From NCBI GenBank assembly GCA_964016885.1, contig OZ024743.1:235910001-235974000 (forward strand): a DNA stretch of 64,000 nt, given 5' to 3'. Within the stretch, counting starts at the first letter, position 1; each line of letters starts with the position of its first letter. The stretch comes from Eledone cirrhosa. Lineage: Eukaryota. Below are positions 45,640 through 58,256 of the stretch, piece by piece. The notes beneath the pieces are model-generated. The model was given only the letters and a program-made list of their open reading frames with translations. It had not been told where the DNA came from and ran no database searches. A program made the position numbers and the translations under genes.

Positions 45640-46896
45640 CCAAGATTTGGGACCAGCAAAAACAGCTATGAGGGAAGCTAGGCGACAAGTTTACTTTGCA
45701 AAGAGGGAAGCATAGGATAGAAAGTTCAAGCATATTCTACAACACGAGGACCAAAGACCTGAGGTGTTCAGGATTGCAAGGCAACATGTCAAGAACATTG
45801 TGATATTGTCGGGGAGAAGTGGATTGTAATAGTAATATCCGCAAACGGCAAAGCATAAATGAACTGAGAGAGAGACTAAGCATAAGAAGTATCAAATGCT
45901 GTGTGCAGGAGAGGAGAATGTGTTGGTATGGACATGTGATGTGTATGAGGGACAACAGTTGTATAAAAAAGTGATCAAATTTGATGGAAGCTACGGAGTG
46001 GGTAGACCAAGAAAAACCTGGGAGGAGGTGATAAAAACTGACCTTGCACACTTGCTCCTCTCTAAGACAATGTCACTGGATTCAGATCTTTGGCGCAATG
46101 CAGTTATACAGATCCGCCTTCCTTTACATATGAACTTAAACCTACAGTCAGTAGACACCTCTTAACCCAATATACACCCCACCTCACACCTCTTACTCCA
46201 TCCTCCCACTGTAAAGTGGTCATGTAGGTGTCATGACAATAAATACCCAGTCCACACTGTAAAGTGGTCATGTAGGTGTCATGACAATAAATACCCAGCC
46301 CACACTGTAAAGTGGTCATGTAGGTGTCATGACAATAAATACCCAGTCCACACTGTAAAGTGGTCATGTAGGTGTCATGCAAAAAGCGCCCAGTCCACAC
46401 TGTAAAGTGGTCATGTAGGTGTCATAACAAAAAGCACCCAGTCCACACTGTAAAGTGGTCATGTAGGTGTCATGACAATAAATACCCAGTCCACACTGTA
46501 AAGTGGTCATGTAGGTGTCATGACAATAAATACCCAGTCCACACTGTAAAGTGGTCATGTAGGTGTCATGACAATAAATACCCAGTCCACACTGTAAAGT
46601 GGTCATGTAGGTGTCATGACAAAAAGCGCCCAGTCCACACTGTAAAGTGGTCATGTAGGTGTCACGACAAAAAGCCCCCAGTCCACACTGTAAAGTGGTC
46701 ATGTAGGAGACACGGTAAAAAACACTCGTCCACACTGTAAATGTGGTTGGTGTTAGGAAAGGCATCCAGCCATAGAAAACCTGCCTGAGGTTCTGTATGA
46801 GTGAGACACGGTCACCCGACCAATCTTGCCTCAAGTGGGACAAACCCGTCCAACCCATGCTAGCGAGGAAGATGGACGTTAAACTATGATGATGAT
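45640..46896 (+). mobile_element. Internally deleted RTE (family A relative) with an expanded 48-bp 3' UTR array
   Basis: 45640-45820 resembles 20260-20450 and is joined to sequence like 21941 onward. About 11 x 48-bp units at 46206-46740. (GAT)n tail. Confidence 0.88.
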
Positions 46897-46937
<41 letters not shown>

Positions 46938-47029
46938 CTTATGTGCTTAATGTCAAGTTGTCAATCAATTTTGTGACAGATATTAGTAGAAGTTCTAAGT
47001 GGAATTTATTGGAAAATCTACAATCTTGT

Positions 47030-47470
47030 TGATGATGATGATAATAATGTTATTGCTGTTGTTGTTGTTGGTGGTGTTGGTGGTGTTGGTGGTGGTGGTG
47101 TTGGTGTTATTGCTGTTGTTGGTTGTGGTGGCGTTAGTGGTGGTGTTGATGTTGTTGTTGGTGGTGGTGGTGTTGATGTTGGTGGTGGTGGTGGTGATGT
47201 TGGTGTTATTGCTGTTGTTGGTTGTGGTGGTGTTGGTGGTGATGATGTTAGTGGTGGTGGTGGTGTTGATGTTGGTGGTGTTGGTGGTGGTGTTAGTGGT
47301 GGTGATGATGGTGGTGGTGGTGATGATGGTGGTGGTGGTGATGATGGTGGTGGTGGTGGTGATGATGGTGGTGGTGGTGGTGATGATGGTGGTGGTGGTG
47401 GTGGTGATGATGGTGGTGGTGGTGATGATGGTGGTGGTGGTGTTGGTGTTGGTGGTGGTGGTGTTGATGT
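47030..47470. repeat. (GGT/GTT/GAT)n trinucleotide array
   Basis: Directly visible. Confidence 0.95.
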
Positions 47471-47951
47471 TAATGCTGCTGTCTTATCTTAGTGAAGTAG
47501 AACAGACCAACAGATCAATATGTGGTGTTTATTCCAGAAAGGAAACTTTAAAGATTTTGCCAATACCTCACATGAAATGATCTTCGATTGCGTGACGTAG
47601 GGAATGGTTCTGTGGTGGATGTCTTTGATTTCTATAATTCTACTGATGTCAGACTGAACATGGGGAAACCTGGGAAGGAAGGATTTGTACTGTTGATGGA
47701 GGGGAAGAGGGAGATATGGAGGAGGAGGGAGAGGTGGGGAGGGAGATAAGGGGAATGGGGAGAGAGAGGAGAAGGGGAAGCAAGAGAGGGGGGAAAGAGT
47801 GGAAGAGAGAGAGAGAAATAAAATTCATATATAAGTGTAACTTAAACACTTATTGAATATTTTCTGTTTGTATGTGTGTGGCAGTGTGTGTGTGTGTGTC
47901 AGTATGTATGTATGTGTGGGTGTGTGTGGCAGTATGGATGTATGTGTGTAC

Positions 47952-47982
<31 letters not shown>

Positions 47983-48602
47983 CATGTGTGTGTGTGGCAG
48001 TATGTATGTGTGTGCATGTGTGGCAGTATGTATGTGTGTGCATGTGTGGCAGTATGTATGTATGTGTGTGTGTGTGTGTGGCAGTATGTATGTATGTGTG
48101 TGTGTGGCAGTATGTATGTATGTGTGTGTGTGGCAGTATGTATGTGTGTGTGTATGTGTGTGTGTGTGTGTGCATGTGACATATGTGTAAATGAAGACAT
48201 CTTCAGACCAGAAAAGAAATTCTGTGGAATGACCTGAGGCAGGAATTAACAAACATGGAGTATTTAGTGTCAATTATATTCTTAGAACTACTGCAGTTGT
48301 TAACAAACATCACACACATACGTATATCATCATAATCACCATTTGTACGTCCGTTCTTCCATTTTTGCATGGGTTGGACAGGCCCTTCTCAGCACAGCAT
48401 CTCTCCATTGGCCGCGTTTTTTCGTCATCTCCTCTGTGACTCTCAGCAATTTCAGGTCAACTTTCAACACTTCTGCCCAGGTCTATCTTGGTCTACCTCT
48501 ACTGCAACTTTCTGGCACTTCTTCACCCATCGGTCATCATCCATTCACATCACATGTCCAACACAGTTTTCTCTTCTGGCCATCACTTTGTCTTCCTCTT
48601 AA

Positions 48603-49865
48603 CCCTTTAGCATTTAAACCAGCCATATCTGGCCAGAATTCTATCACCTCTTTCTTTCAAACTGGCCATAACCAGCCCCTCATACTTATGTTAAGGTATT
48701 GCTCTCAAAATAAATGATATCAAAGTCTCATAGATTCAATATTATGTGAAATAATTACGTGAGGTAAAGCCTTTACTGTGAAAATACAATAGTATATATA
48801 GAGTAATGTAAATGTTATGTGAGGTAAAGCCTTTACTGTGAAAATACAATAGGATATATAGAGTAATGTAAATGTTATGTGAGATATTACGTGAGGTAAA
48901 GTCTTTACTGTGAAAATACAATAGTATATATAGAGTAATGTAAATGTTATGTGAGATATTACGTGAGGTAAAGCCTCTACTTTGAAAATACAATAGTATA
49001 TATAGAGTAATGTAAATGTTATTTGAGATATTACGTAAGGTAAAGTATTTACTGTGAAAATTTAATAGTATATAGAGTAATGTAAATGTTATGTGAGATA
49101 TTATGTGAGGTAAAGCCTTTACTGCGAAAATATAATAGTATCATCATTATCATCGTTTAACGTCTATGTTCCACGCTAGCATGGGTTTAGACGGGAATTG
49201 TCCCACTTGAGGCAAGATTGGTTGTCCTGCTCGTATAGAACTGTCTGGCAGGTTTTCTACGGCTGGATGTCTTTCCTAACACCAACCACGTTTACAGTGT
49301 GGACAGAGGTTTTTACCATGTTACCTACATGGCCACATTACAGCGTGAACTGTGTGTTTTTTGTCGTGACACCTATACGACCTCATTTATTTAGAACTGG
49401 ATGTTGTGGTACCAACATAACTTTACTGAGAAAGGGGCTGGTGTAGATGGGGGTGGGAGTAGGGGTAGCGGGATGGGGGTGTATTTTTGGTTAAGAGGTA
49501 CCTACTGACTGTAGGTTTCGCTTTGTTCTTAGGCAAGGCGGGTCTTCTGTATTACTGCGTAGCGCCAAAGATCTCGGTCCAGTGACATTGTCTTGGGGAG
49601 GTGTGTGTAAGGTCGGAATTTATAGAGTAATGTAAATGTTATGTGAGATATTATGTGAGGTAAAGAATTTACTGTGAAAATATAATAGTATATATATAGA
49701 GTAATGTAAATGTTATGTGAGATGATATGTGAAGTAAAGCCTTTACTGTGAAAATACAATAGTATATATAGAGTAATGTAAATGTTATATGAGATATTAT
49801 GTGAGGTAAAGCTTTTACTGTGAAAAATACAATAGTATATATAGAGTAATGTAAATGCTAAAGAG
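48603..49865 (+). mobile_element. piggyBac-like MITE with 60/72-bp tandem expansion, itself inside an RTE-B relic (48326-48598)
   Basis: TTAA at 48599-48602 and 49866-49869. Same TIRs as 44395. Confidence 0.88.
49141..49622 (-). mobile_element. Short 5'-truncated RTE family A copy inserted in the MITE array
   Basis: Encodes THLPKTMSLDRDLWRYAVIQKTRLA plus the full UTR. Interrupts AATAGTA|TATAGAG. Confidence 0.92.
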
Positions 49866-49898
49866 TTAAACCTCAGTCCATCCAAGTTCTCTCACATA

Positions 49899-50883
49899 CA
49901 AGGTTTGTTCCAAAAGTAAGAGTACTGTTGTTTTATTTAAATATTAGAGGTACAACCAATGCTACCATGGAAGATAGACGTTAAACGATGAAACGATGAT
50001 GATGATAAGTAATTACAAGTTATCTCCTTCAAAACACAGCACAGTGGTTCCGTTTTCTCCATTGATCAGTAAAGAAGTCATTTTCTGTGAGAGTCCTTAT
50101 CTCAACGGTCACAGTTATTTTCTGTGAGAGTCCTTATCTCAATGGTCACAGTCATTTTCTGTGAGAGTCCTTAGCTCAACGGTCACAATTTTTGTATGTT
50201 TCCCACGGCTCCAAAATGATGACCCTTCAACTTTGCTTTCAACTTAGGGAAGAGGTAGAAATTACACAGAGCTAGATGTGGGCTGTAGGATGTGTAAGAG
50301 TGGGAACATTTTCTTCACCAGAAATTCTCTAATTGAAAGTGCTGTGTTTCGGCACTAGTTTTGCACAAATTTTTCACATGTGCAAATGGTTTGTTAAAAT
50401 TCTGTGAACTGCATTTCTACTCAAGCCCATTTATTCAGCAATTATCCCACCACTTAACCAACATCTTTCGCCATCATCGCTTGCACCACTTCCACATTTT
50501 GTTCATTTGTTGACAAGATTTGCCTTTCAGAATGAGGTTCATCTTCAACAATTTCTAATTCCTCTTCACAGTTTTGTGCCATTTAAAAACCTTACTTCTC
50601 AATAGAGTGGCATCTCCATAAGATTGTGTTAAAGAATTAAATGTTTCAGTAGCAGATTTATTGAGTTTCACACAAAATTTGATTGCATGCCATTGTCTGA
50701 TAGTTCCCTGAGGTTTTAAACACATCTGTACTGAAACTCCTGACTGAATGAGTTGATCATGTTGTAACAAGTATGTACGTGCAGCCAATGTCATAATAAA
50801 CACACCTATATACATCAATGAGGTGCTGTGTTACCATATTGTACATAGGAAAATCAATACCATTACTTTTGGGACAAATCTCA
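49899..50883 (-). mobile_element. Decayed, internally deleted mariner transposon
   Basis: Imperfect TIRs (TA|CAAGGTTTGTTCCAAAAGTAA and TTACTTTTGGGACAAATCTCA). HTH AIKFCVKLNKSATET...YGD...VFKWHK. YSPHLALCNFYLFPKLK at 50238-50290 corresponds to the YSPDLAP motif. Confidence 0.88.
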
Positions 50884-51092
50884 CAGGCACACACATACAC
50901 ACACCCCATACACAAACACATGGGGACAGCCTACTTGGTGAGGTCACCATAGAGGCAACAGAAAGGAATGTAGGAAATTTAAGGAATAAAGAGGCCATTT
51001 TCATCAGGCCAATAACACCAACGATAATAGGTCAGAAATGCATGCGGCAGAATGATTTTGAAAATTATTGGTCTTTTAGTTTTATAATCAAA

Positions 51093-51766
51093 TCTAAACT
51101 ATAATAAAGTAAAGAGCGTGGGATTGCATACAGTTTATAATTTTTTATCCCATTAGTAAAATAAGTTGGATTACTTTGAATAAATAATTGTTTCTACTTT
51201 AGGCACAAGGCCAGCAATTATCCAGTGCATTACTGGTACTTTATTTTATCGACCCCGTAAGGATGAAAGGCAAATAATGAATGAATATTACATAATTTAT
51301 CTACTAAATTTTGTGGCTGTTGATTAAATATATTTTATTACTTATTTAAAGATTCATTTCTTTGAAATGTTCAAATGTCAACACTTCCGGTTAGCGGTCG
51401 CTTAAATAAATATTCATATATTTCTATCACTAATTTTCTCCCAATATGGTATTTAGTCACTTTTGTATTTTTTTAATTATTTTTTTTATTTTGATGGAAG
51501 ATAATATTAGAGAAAAGCAATAAAGAATGACATGATGCTGAATGAAAATGCAGTTTATACATATCGTCTTTTTTTTAATGTATCATGGATTACGTTATTG
51601 ATTACATAAGAGAGTGTAACACAATCTTCGTTCAATTTCTGTTTATATTGTCAATTACGATTTTATTTGATGTATCATATCTACATGTATATATACTTGC
51701 GTATAATATCAATATACACACTACACATGCTAACAGAAAAACCACCAGAAAGGTGGTTTTCTGCTA
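51093..51766 (+). mobile_element. Non-autonomous Helitron containing a SINE fragment (51189-51271, AAATAAT TSD)
   Basis: A|TC start, terminal hairpin and CTAG|T. The empty site is visible in the 685 copy. Confidence 0.88.
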
Positions 51767-51809
51767 GTGTTATTAATTAACTATTGGTAAATATTGAATT
51801 ATATATATA

Positions 51810-54193
51810 GGCAGCGGGACAGGCAGATAGTGTCTAATACCAAGGCATACCCTGGGGAAGAATGTACCCCACAGCATAGGTTAGTTGTTAGTGATATCTC
51901 AGTAAGCAAGAGATGGAATGAGACATACAGGAAGGTGTGGAGAAGAAAGGTCTGGAAGCTAAAAGACCTTTCACTAAAATACAAATTTAGGAAAGCCCTT
52001 CAAGATGTGTATGATGAAAAAGAAGACGATTTAGAGTCGTATGACATAGATAATAACTGGAATTTCTTACGTGACAACTTACTGCAGGCTACTGATGAAA
52101 CTTGTGGCTGGAGCAGAGCTCCAACCAGACAGACAGTGACCTGGTGGTGGAACAGCACAGTAGATAAGACCCTTAGAGACAAAAGACTAGCATGGAAGGC
52201 TTGGAAAAAGGGTGGGAGTAGGGAAGGATATACAGCCGCTAAAGAGAAGCTAGACGTCAGGTGCACTTAGCACGCAGGGAGGCGATGGGAAGATCAGAGG
52301 CATGCGGTGTTCCACATGGCAAAGCAGTGTGTCAATGCAAATCAGGATGTTGTTGGAGATAAACATGTCCGGAATGATGCCGGTGTACTTAGTGTCACGA
52401 ATGATCAGAAAAAGGAGGCCTGGAAATGTTATTATGAGAGACTGATGAATGTGGAGAACGAATGGGAGAGAGAGAAATTACCCTCAGTAGATCCGACAGA
52501 GGGACCAGATAAAGATTGACAAATATAGGGTCCAAGAGGCAATTAAGGAAATGAAAAATGGTAAGGCTGCTGGACCATCAGGCATAGTTGCTGAGATGCT
52601 GAAGGCATCAGGGGACGTAGGCACTAAACTGGTTGCACGCATCATCAATCAGGCTATATATGGTGGTGTCATACCCAAAGACTAGTGCAGCAGTATTCTC
52701 ATAAATTGCTACAAAGGTAAAGGGGATGCCCTGGAGCGGAGCAATTATAGGGGTATAAAACTGATGGATCAGGTTATGAAAGTGGCAGAAAGGATATTAG
52801 CACAACTAATTAGAGAAAGGGTCAAACTAGATGAGATGCAGTTTGGTTTTGTGCCTGGGAAGATTACAACAGATGCCCTCTTCTTGGTGAGACAATTACA
52901 AGAGAGGTTCTTAGAGAAAAATAAGCCACTATACTTAGCCTTTGTTGACTTAGAGAAGGCCTTTGATAGGGTACCCCGATCTATCATCTGGTGGTCTCTA
53001 AGGAAACTAGGTGTTGAGGAATGGCTTGTGAGGACAGAGAAAACTTTGAACAGAGGAATGTAGGAATGGAGTTTAGTGAGGAATTCCAGAGACAAGTAGG
53101 AGTACATCAAGGTTCGGTCCTCAGCCTCCTCTTGTTCATTATAGTCCTCCAAGCCAGGAGTTTAAGACTGACTGTCCCTGGGAACTTCTCTATGCTGACG
53201 ATCTGGTTCTTATAGCAGAATCAGTAGAGGAGCTAGAGAATAAATTCTGGCTATGGAAATAGCAGTTGGAAGCAAGAGAACTGAGAGTGAACCTAGCTAA
53301 GACAAAAGCGTTGATGAGTAGAAAAGAGGACAAAACTCTGATTCTGTCAGTGAAATGGCCATGTTCGATATGTAGAAAAGGAACTGGCATAAATTCTATA
53401 AAATGCACACAATGCAGATCCTGGGTACACAAGAGATGTAGCGGGATAGCAGGCAAATTAACAGGTAGGGAGAAATACGTATGCAGTAGATGTAGAGGGA
53501 AATTAGACAGTAGAAGTCGCATTGATAGACACATTTTTCAAATGCAGGCGGGTGCTATAGAAGTGGTGGATAGCTTCCGGTACCTTAGGAGATCAGATTA
53601 GCATGGGAGGCGGGTGTTCCAAGGCCATAGTATCTAGAATAAGGACGGGTTAGAAGAAGTTTAGGGAGCTGCTTCCTCTGTTGACGAAGAAGGGTTTCAC
53701 CCTGCGTACGAAAGAACGATTATATGATGCCTGTGTGAGGAGCGCGATGCAGCATGATAGTGAGACATGGGCAGCAACTGCAGAGGATATGCGACGGCTG
53801 GAGAGAAATGAGGCAAGCATGCTCCGTTGGATGTGCAGTGTCAATGTGCGTGAACGACCAAGCATGAATGTGTTGAGAGAGAAACTGTGTCTGAGAGGGA
53901 TAGAATGTAGTGTGCGAGAGAGGAGACTGAGGTGGTATGGACATGTGATGCGCATGGAGGATGACCGATGGGTGAAGAAGTGCCAGGAAATGCCAGTTGA
54001 AGGAAGACGTGGTAGAGGTAGACCACAAAAAACATGGGTGGAGGTGGTGAGAACAGACCTCAGATCGCTGAAGCTCACGGTGGAGATGACGAAGGACCGT
54101 GACAAGTGGAGAGATGCTGTGCTGAATAAGACCCGTCCCACCCTTGCAAGCAGGGAAAAGCGGATGTAAAATGATGATGATGATGATGATGAT
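51810..54193 (+). mobile_element. 5'-truncated, pseudogenised RTE LINE family B (also carries the PHD finger at 53362-53493)
   Basis: ORF pieces 51794-52270, 52307-52519, 52764-53063, 53266-53601 and 53681-54169 are colinear with family A. The stop lies directly before the (GAT)n tail. Confidence 0.95.
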
Positions 54194-54692
54194 ATAAATC
54201 TGAAACAAAGATATATTTATTTTAACAATGAATTAAATCTTTAAAAATAAGAAGGTTGAGTGTGTGTGTGAAAAAGAAGGCAGAGGGTGTTGCCAAGGCA
54301 CGAACATATATAAGCACACATGCATACACATCTCTCTCTCTCCATGTGTGTGTGGTGTATATATATAGATATATATATATAGTTATAAGAATAACCAAAG
54401 AGTGGTTAGAAATACATTGTTTTATTAGCTAACAGTGTTTCATCCATACACCATGGCAGGAATCTGGTTATTCCTATGACTATAACGGCTCTGTAGTATA
54501 CTAATTATCCTACATTGAGCTAAAACCACACTGTCATACCAAGGGCAATATATCTACATGTCTAGGCATATTGATATATTTGTCAACAAAATATATATAT
54601 ATATATGTATTTAAAAGGTACACAGAAATAACAACACAATCGGTACAGTATATGGAAGGAATATATTAGGTTAACGTTTGATATAGCAGGAA

Positions 54693-54737
54693 GAGGGTCT
54701 TAACGTTTCGGACGCTAGTCTTTCATCAGAAGCTCTC
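54693..54737 (-). ncRNA. Degenerate minimal hammerhead ribozyme motif
   Basis: Minus strand GAGAGCTT-CTGATGA-AAGAC(TAGC)GTCC-GAAA-CGTTA-AGACCCTC. Palindromic AACGTT. Stems I and II are imperfect. Confidence 0.5.
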
Positions 54738-55088
54738 ACACACACACACACTATATGTGTGTGTGTGTGTGTGTGTGTATTTATGTATCTATCTATCTAT
54801 ATATATCTATATCTATCTATATACATAAACACACACACACACATTTCACCAATAAAACAAGTGTGACATTTGTAACATTTGCTCAGGAAGAGTCAAGTGG
54901 ATTAGAGTAACTCTTATTATCATCATTATTATTACATGTTTATCAGTGTGCAGATAGTAATAAGAATAAGTAATGATGAGGAACTGAGAGGAGATAGTCA
55001 ATTTGAGAAGGTCAGATTTTAGAGTGATATGAGATATGTTAGAAATAACACCAGTTACTGACTAAATTAAACATTTCTTACATAAATA

Positions 55089-55268
55089 TTGTTTCTACTT
55101 TTGACACAAGGTCAGCAATTAACCCAGTGTATTACTGGTACTTTATTTTATCGACCCCGTAAGGATGAAAGGTAAAGTTAACCTCGGCAGGATTTGAACT
55201 CAGAATGGCAAGGGCCGTAACTCTATGCGTCAAAGCATGGTGTCCGACCCTCTACTGATACTGCCAGT
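55089..55268 (-). mobile_element. SINE (family 1) with a long TSD
   Basis: ATTTCTTACATAAATATTGTTT at 55073-55094 and 55271-55292. Confidence 0.92.
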
Positions 55269-55580
55269 GGATTTCTTACATAAATATTGTTTACAGAAAT
55301 GAACACACACATACACACACCCACATATCATCATCATTTTACACCTATTTCCCAAGCTGGCATGGGTTAAATAGGTTGTCACATTCTAAGACATCTTGCT
55401 CATTCATTTTGGCATGGTTTCTATGGCTGGATGCCCTTCTTAACACCAACCATTATACAGAGTGCACTGGGTGTATTTTTTCATGGCACCAACACTAGAG
55501 AGATTGCCATATATACTCTGTCTGACTGAAGCGTTCTCACTGTACTGTCTACTCAATCACTAAATACTTCACAGGTGCAA

Positions 55581-56366
55581 TCTATATACATAAATGGCAA
55601 ATTCTGTCTGTTTGTTTATGAACCTAAACCTCAAAAACTACCAAACCGATCTTGATGAAACTTGACATGTGCATGGGGCTCATGCCCATTTCATTTTAAT
55701 CAAAGGGTTCCTCAGGGATTCAAACCCCCACTGAGAACTCCCGGTTAATTTTTTTCCCTTTGATTTATATGAAATGTAAACCATAGGTAAATGACAAGAT
55801 ATGATGCCTATTCACAAAATTTCAGCAAATTTCAATAATATTAAAACACTGTAACGGGAGTTAAACCCCCTATAGTGAACATTTTGGCCAATAAATGGAA
55901 TAAGTTTTCACAAACTCCTCCTATGGTTTTGGAGATAGACCCCCATAACCATATATATTCTGAAACTACATTACCCAGGATACTTGGATAGTATATTTCA
56001 TTTCAATGAAAGGGTTTCCCGGGGGGCACAAAACCCCCCGCTGAAAATTTTTTTCCTTCGATTTATATGAAATTTAAACCATAGGTAAATGACAAGATAT
56101 GATGCCTATTCACAAAATTTCAGCAATGAAACCCCTTAATGGGGGTTCTATTTTTTTCCTTATAGAAATACTCAACTTCTCTGACAAACTTTTTTTGCCT
56201 AACCAGTGCAATCAACAATATTTGTCTGTATTATTGTTTCGTAAATGAATTTGTCTTCACTTTTCATTATCTGTCCTATATTTTGATTTCATGTTTAGTC
56301 TGTGCAGCATTGGGCATTTTAATAGGAATACTCCCACTCCCGGGTATTAACGGGTACCTCAGCTAG
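55581..56366 (+). mobile_element. Non-autonomous Helitron
   Basis: A|TCTATATACATAAATGG start and CCCGGGTATTAACGGG-TACCTCAG-CTAG|T end. Internal duplication 55690-55830 and 55995-56125. Confidence 0.85.
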
Positions 56367-56548
56367 TATATATATTTATTATTTTAAATCGAGACAGGCA
56401 AACCGTATTATTTTAATTAGTATTTTTCAATCTAGCTAACTTGGTCAGTTACAATGCAAACACATGTATACTTGTATCAGTGTTTATCCCTATCATATAT
56501 TCATTTGTATTACACGGCTCAGAAATATTCCTTTCTTTGAGCTATTTA

Positions 56549-56866
56549 ATATATATATATATGCATGTATATATATATGCATGTATATATATATGCATGT
56601 ATATATATACATGCATGTATATATATATATATATATATATGCATGTATATATATACATGCATGTATATATATATATATATATATATGCATGTATATATAT
56701 ACATGCATGTATATATATACATGCATGTATATATATATATATATATGCATGTATATATATATGCATGTATATATATATATGCATGTATATATATATATAT
56801 GCATGTATATATATATATATGCATGTATATATATATATATATATGCATGTATATATATATATATGC

Positions 56867-56906
<40 letters not shown>

Positions 56907-57036
56907 ATATATAAATATATATAAATATGCATGTATATATATAAATATATATAAATATGCATGTATATATATATAAATATGCATGTATATATATATATAT
57001 ATATATATGCATGTATATATATATATATATATATGC

Positions 57037-57077
<41 letters not shown>

Positions 57078-57198
57078 TGTATATATATATATATATGCAT
57101 GTATATATATATATGCATGTATATATATATATATATGCATGTATATATATATATATATACATGTATATATATAAATATATATATATAAATATGCATGT
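56549..57198. repeat. (TA)n array punctuated by GCATG
   Basis: Directly visible. Confidence 0.97.
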
Positions 57199-58216
57199 AT
57201 AAGTAGCAGCAAATGCCCACAGAATACTAGCTCATTCCATTGCACAGATGGTTCTATAGAAATAGTGGACAGCTTCCTTTACCTGGGTGACAAAATCAGC
57301 AGTTGGGGGAGGGTGCTCTGAAAGTACTGTAGCTAGAGTCAGAACTGGATGGAAAAAGTTCAGAGAGCTTATACCACTATTAGCCGCTAAAGGGTTCTCC
57401 CTAAAAATGAAAGGCAGGTTGTATGATGCCTGCATACGAACAGCAATGTTGCATGGCAGTGAGACCTGGGCATTGTGTGCAGAGGATATACGCAGACTGG
57501 AGAGGTACGAAGCTTGCATGCTCCGCTGGATGTGTAATAATAATATACGTGAACGGCAAAGCATAAACGAACTAAGGGAAAAATTAGAAATAAGAGGGAT
57601 CAGATGTTGTTTACTCGAGAGAAGGCTACGTTGCTATGGTCACATGATGCGCATGAAAGACGACAGCTGTATAAAAAGTACAGGGCAATAAAAATAGACG
57701 GTAGCCACGGAGTAGGCAGACCCAGAAAAACCTGGGACGACTTGATAAATTCCGACCTCACACACTTACACCTCTCCAAGACAATGTCACTGGACCGAGA
57801 TCTTTGGCGCTACACAGTAATAGAGAAGACCCGGCTTACCTAAGTACAAAGTGAAACCTACTTCAGTCAGTAGGCACCTCTAACAAAATACACCCCGTCC
57901 CACTACCCCCACCCCATCCACACCACCCCTTTCAATGTAAAGTTATACCACAACATCCAGCCCGAAACAAATGAGGTCGTGTAGGTGTCACGACAAAAAA
58001 ACACACAGTCCACGCTGTAATGTGGCCGTGTAGGTAACACGGTAAAAACCTCCCAGTTCCACACTGTAAATGTGGTTGGTGTTAGGAAGGGCATCCAGCC
58101 GTAGAAAACCCGCCAGACAGTCCTATGCGAGCAAGACAACCACTCTTGCCTCAAGTGGGAAAACTCCCGTCCAAACCCATGCAAGCGTGGAATATGGACA
58201 TTAAACGATGATGATG

Positions 58217-58218
<2 letters not shown>
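57199..58218 (+). mobile_element. 5'-truncated RTE family A, older subfamily
   Basis: ORFs 57287-57691 and 57604-57843 with frameshifts, then UTR and (GAT)n tail. Confidence 0.95.

Positions 58219-58254
<36 letters not shown>

Positions 58255-58256
<2 letters not shown>

Noticed and set aside
56441-57245. Long YI/CMYI-repeat ORFs
   Set aside because: Stop-free (TA)n/GCATG array. The same applies to the clusters near 9825-10206, 17499-17887, 27967-28959, 32158-32615, 41058-41550, 47825-48273 and 60569-60823.
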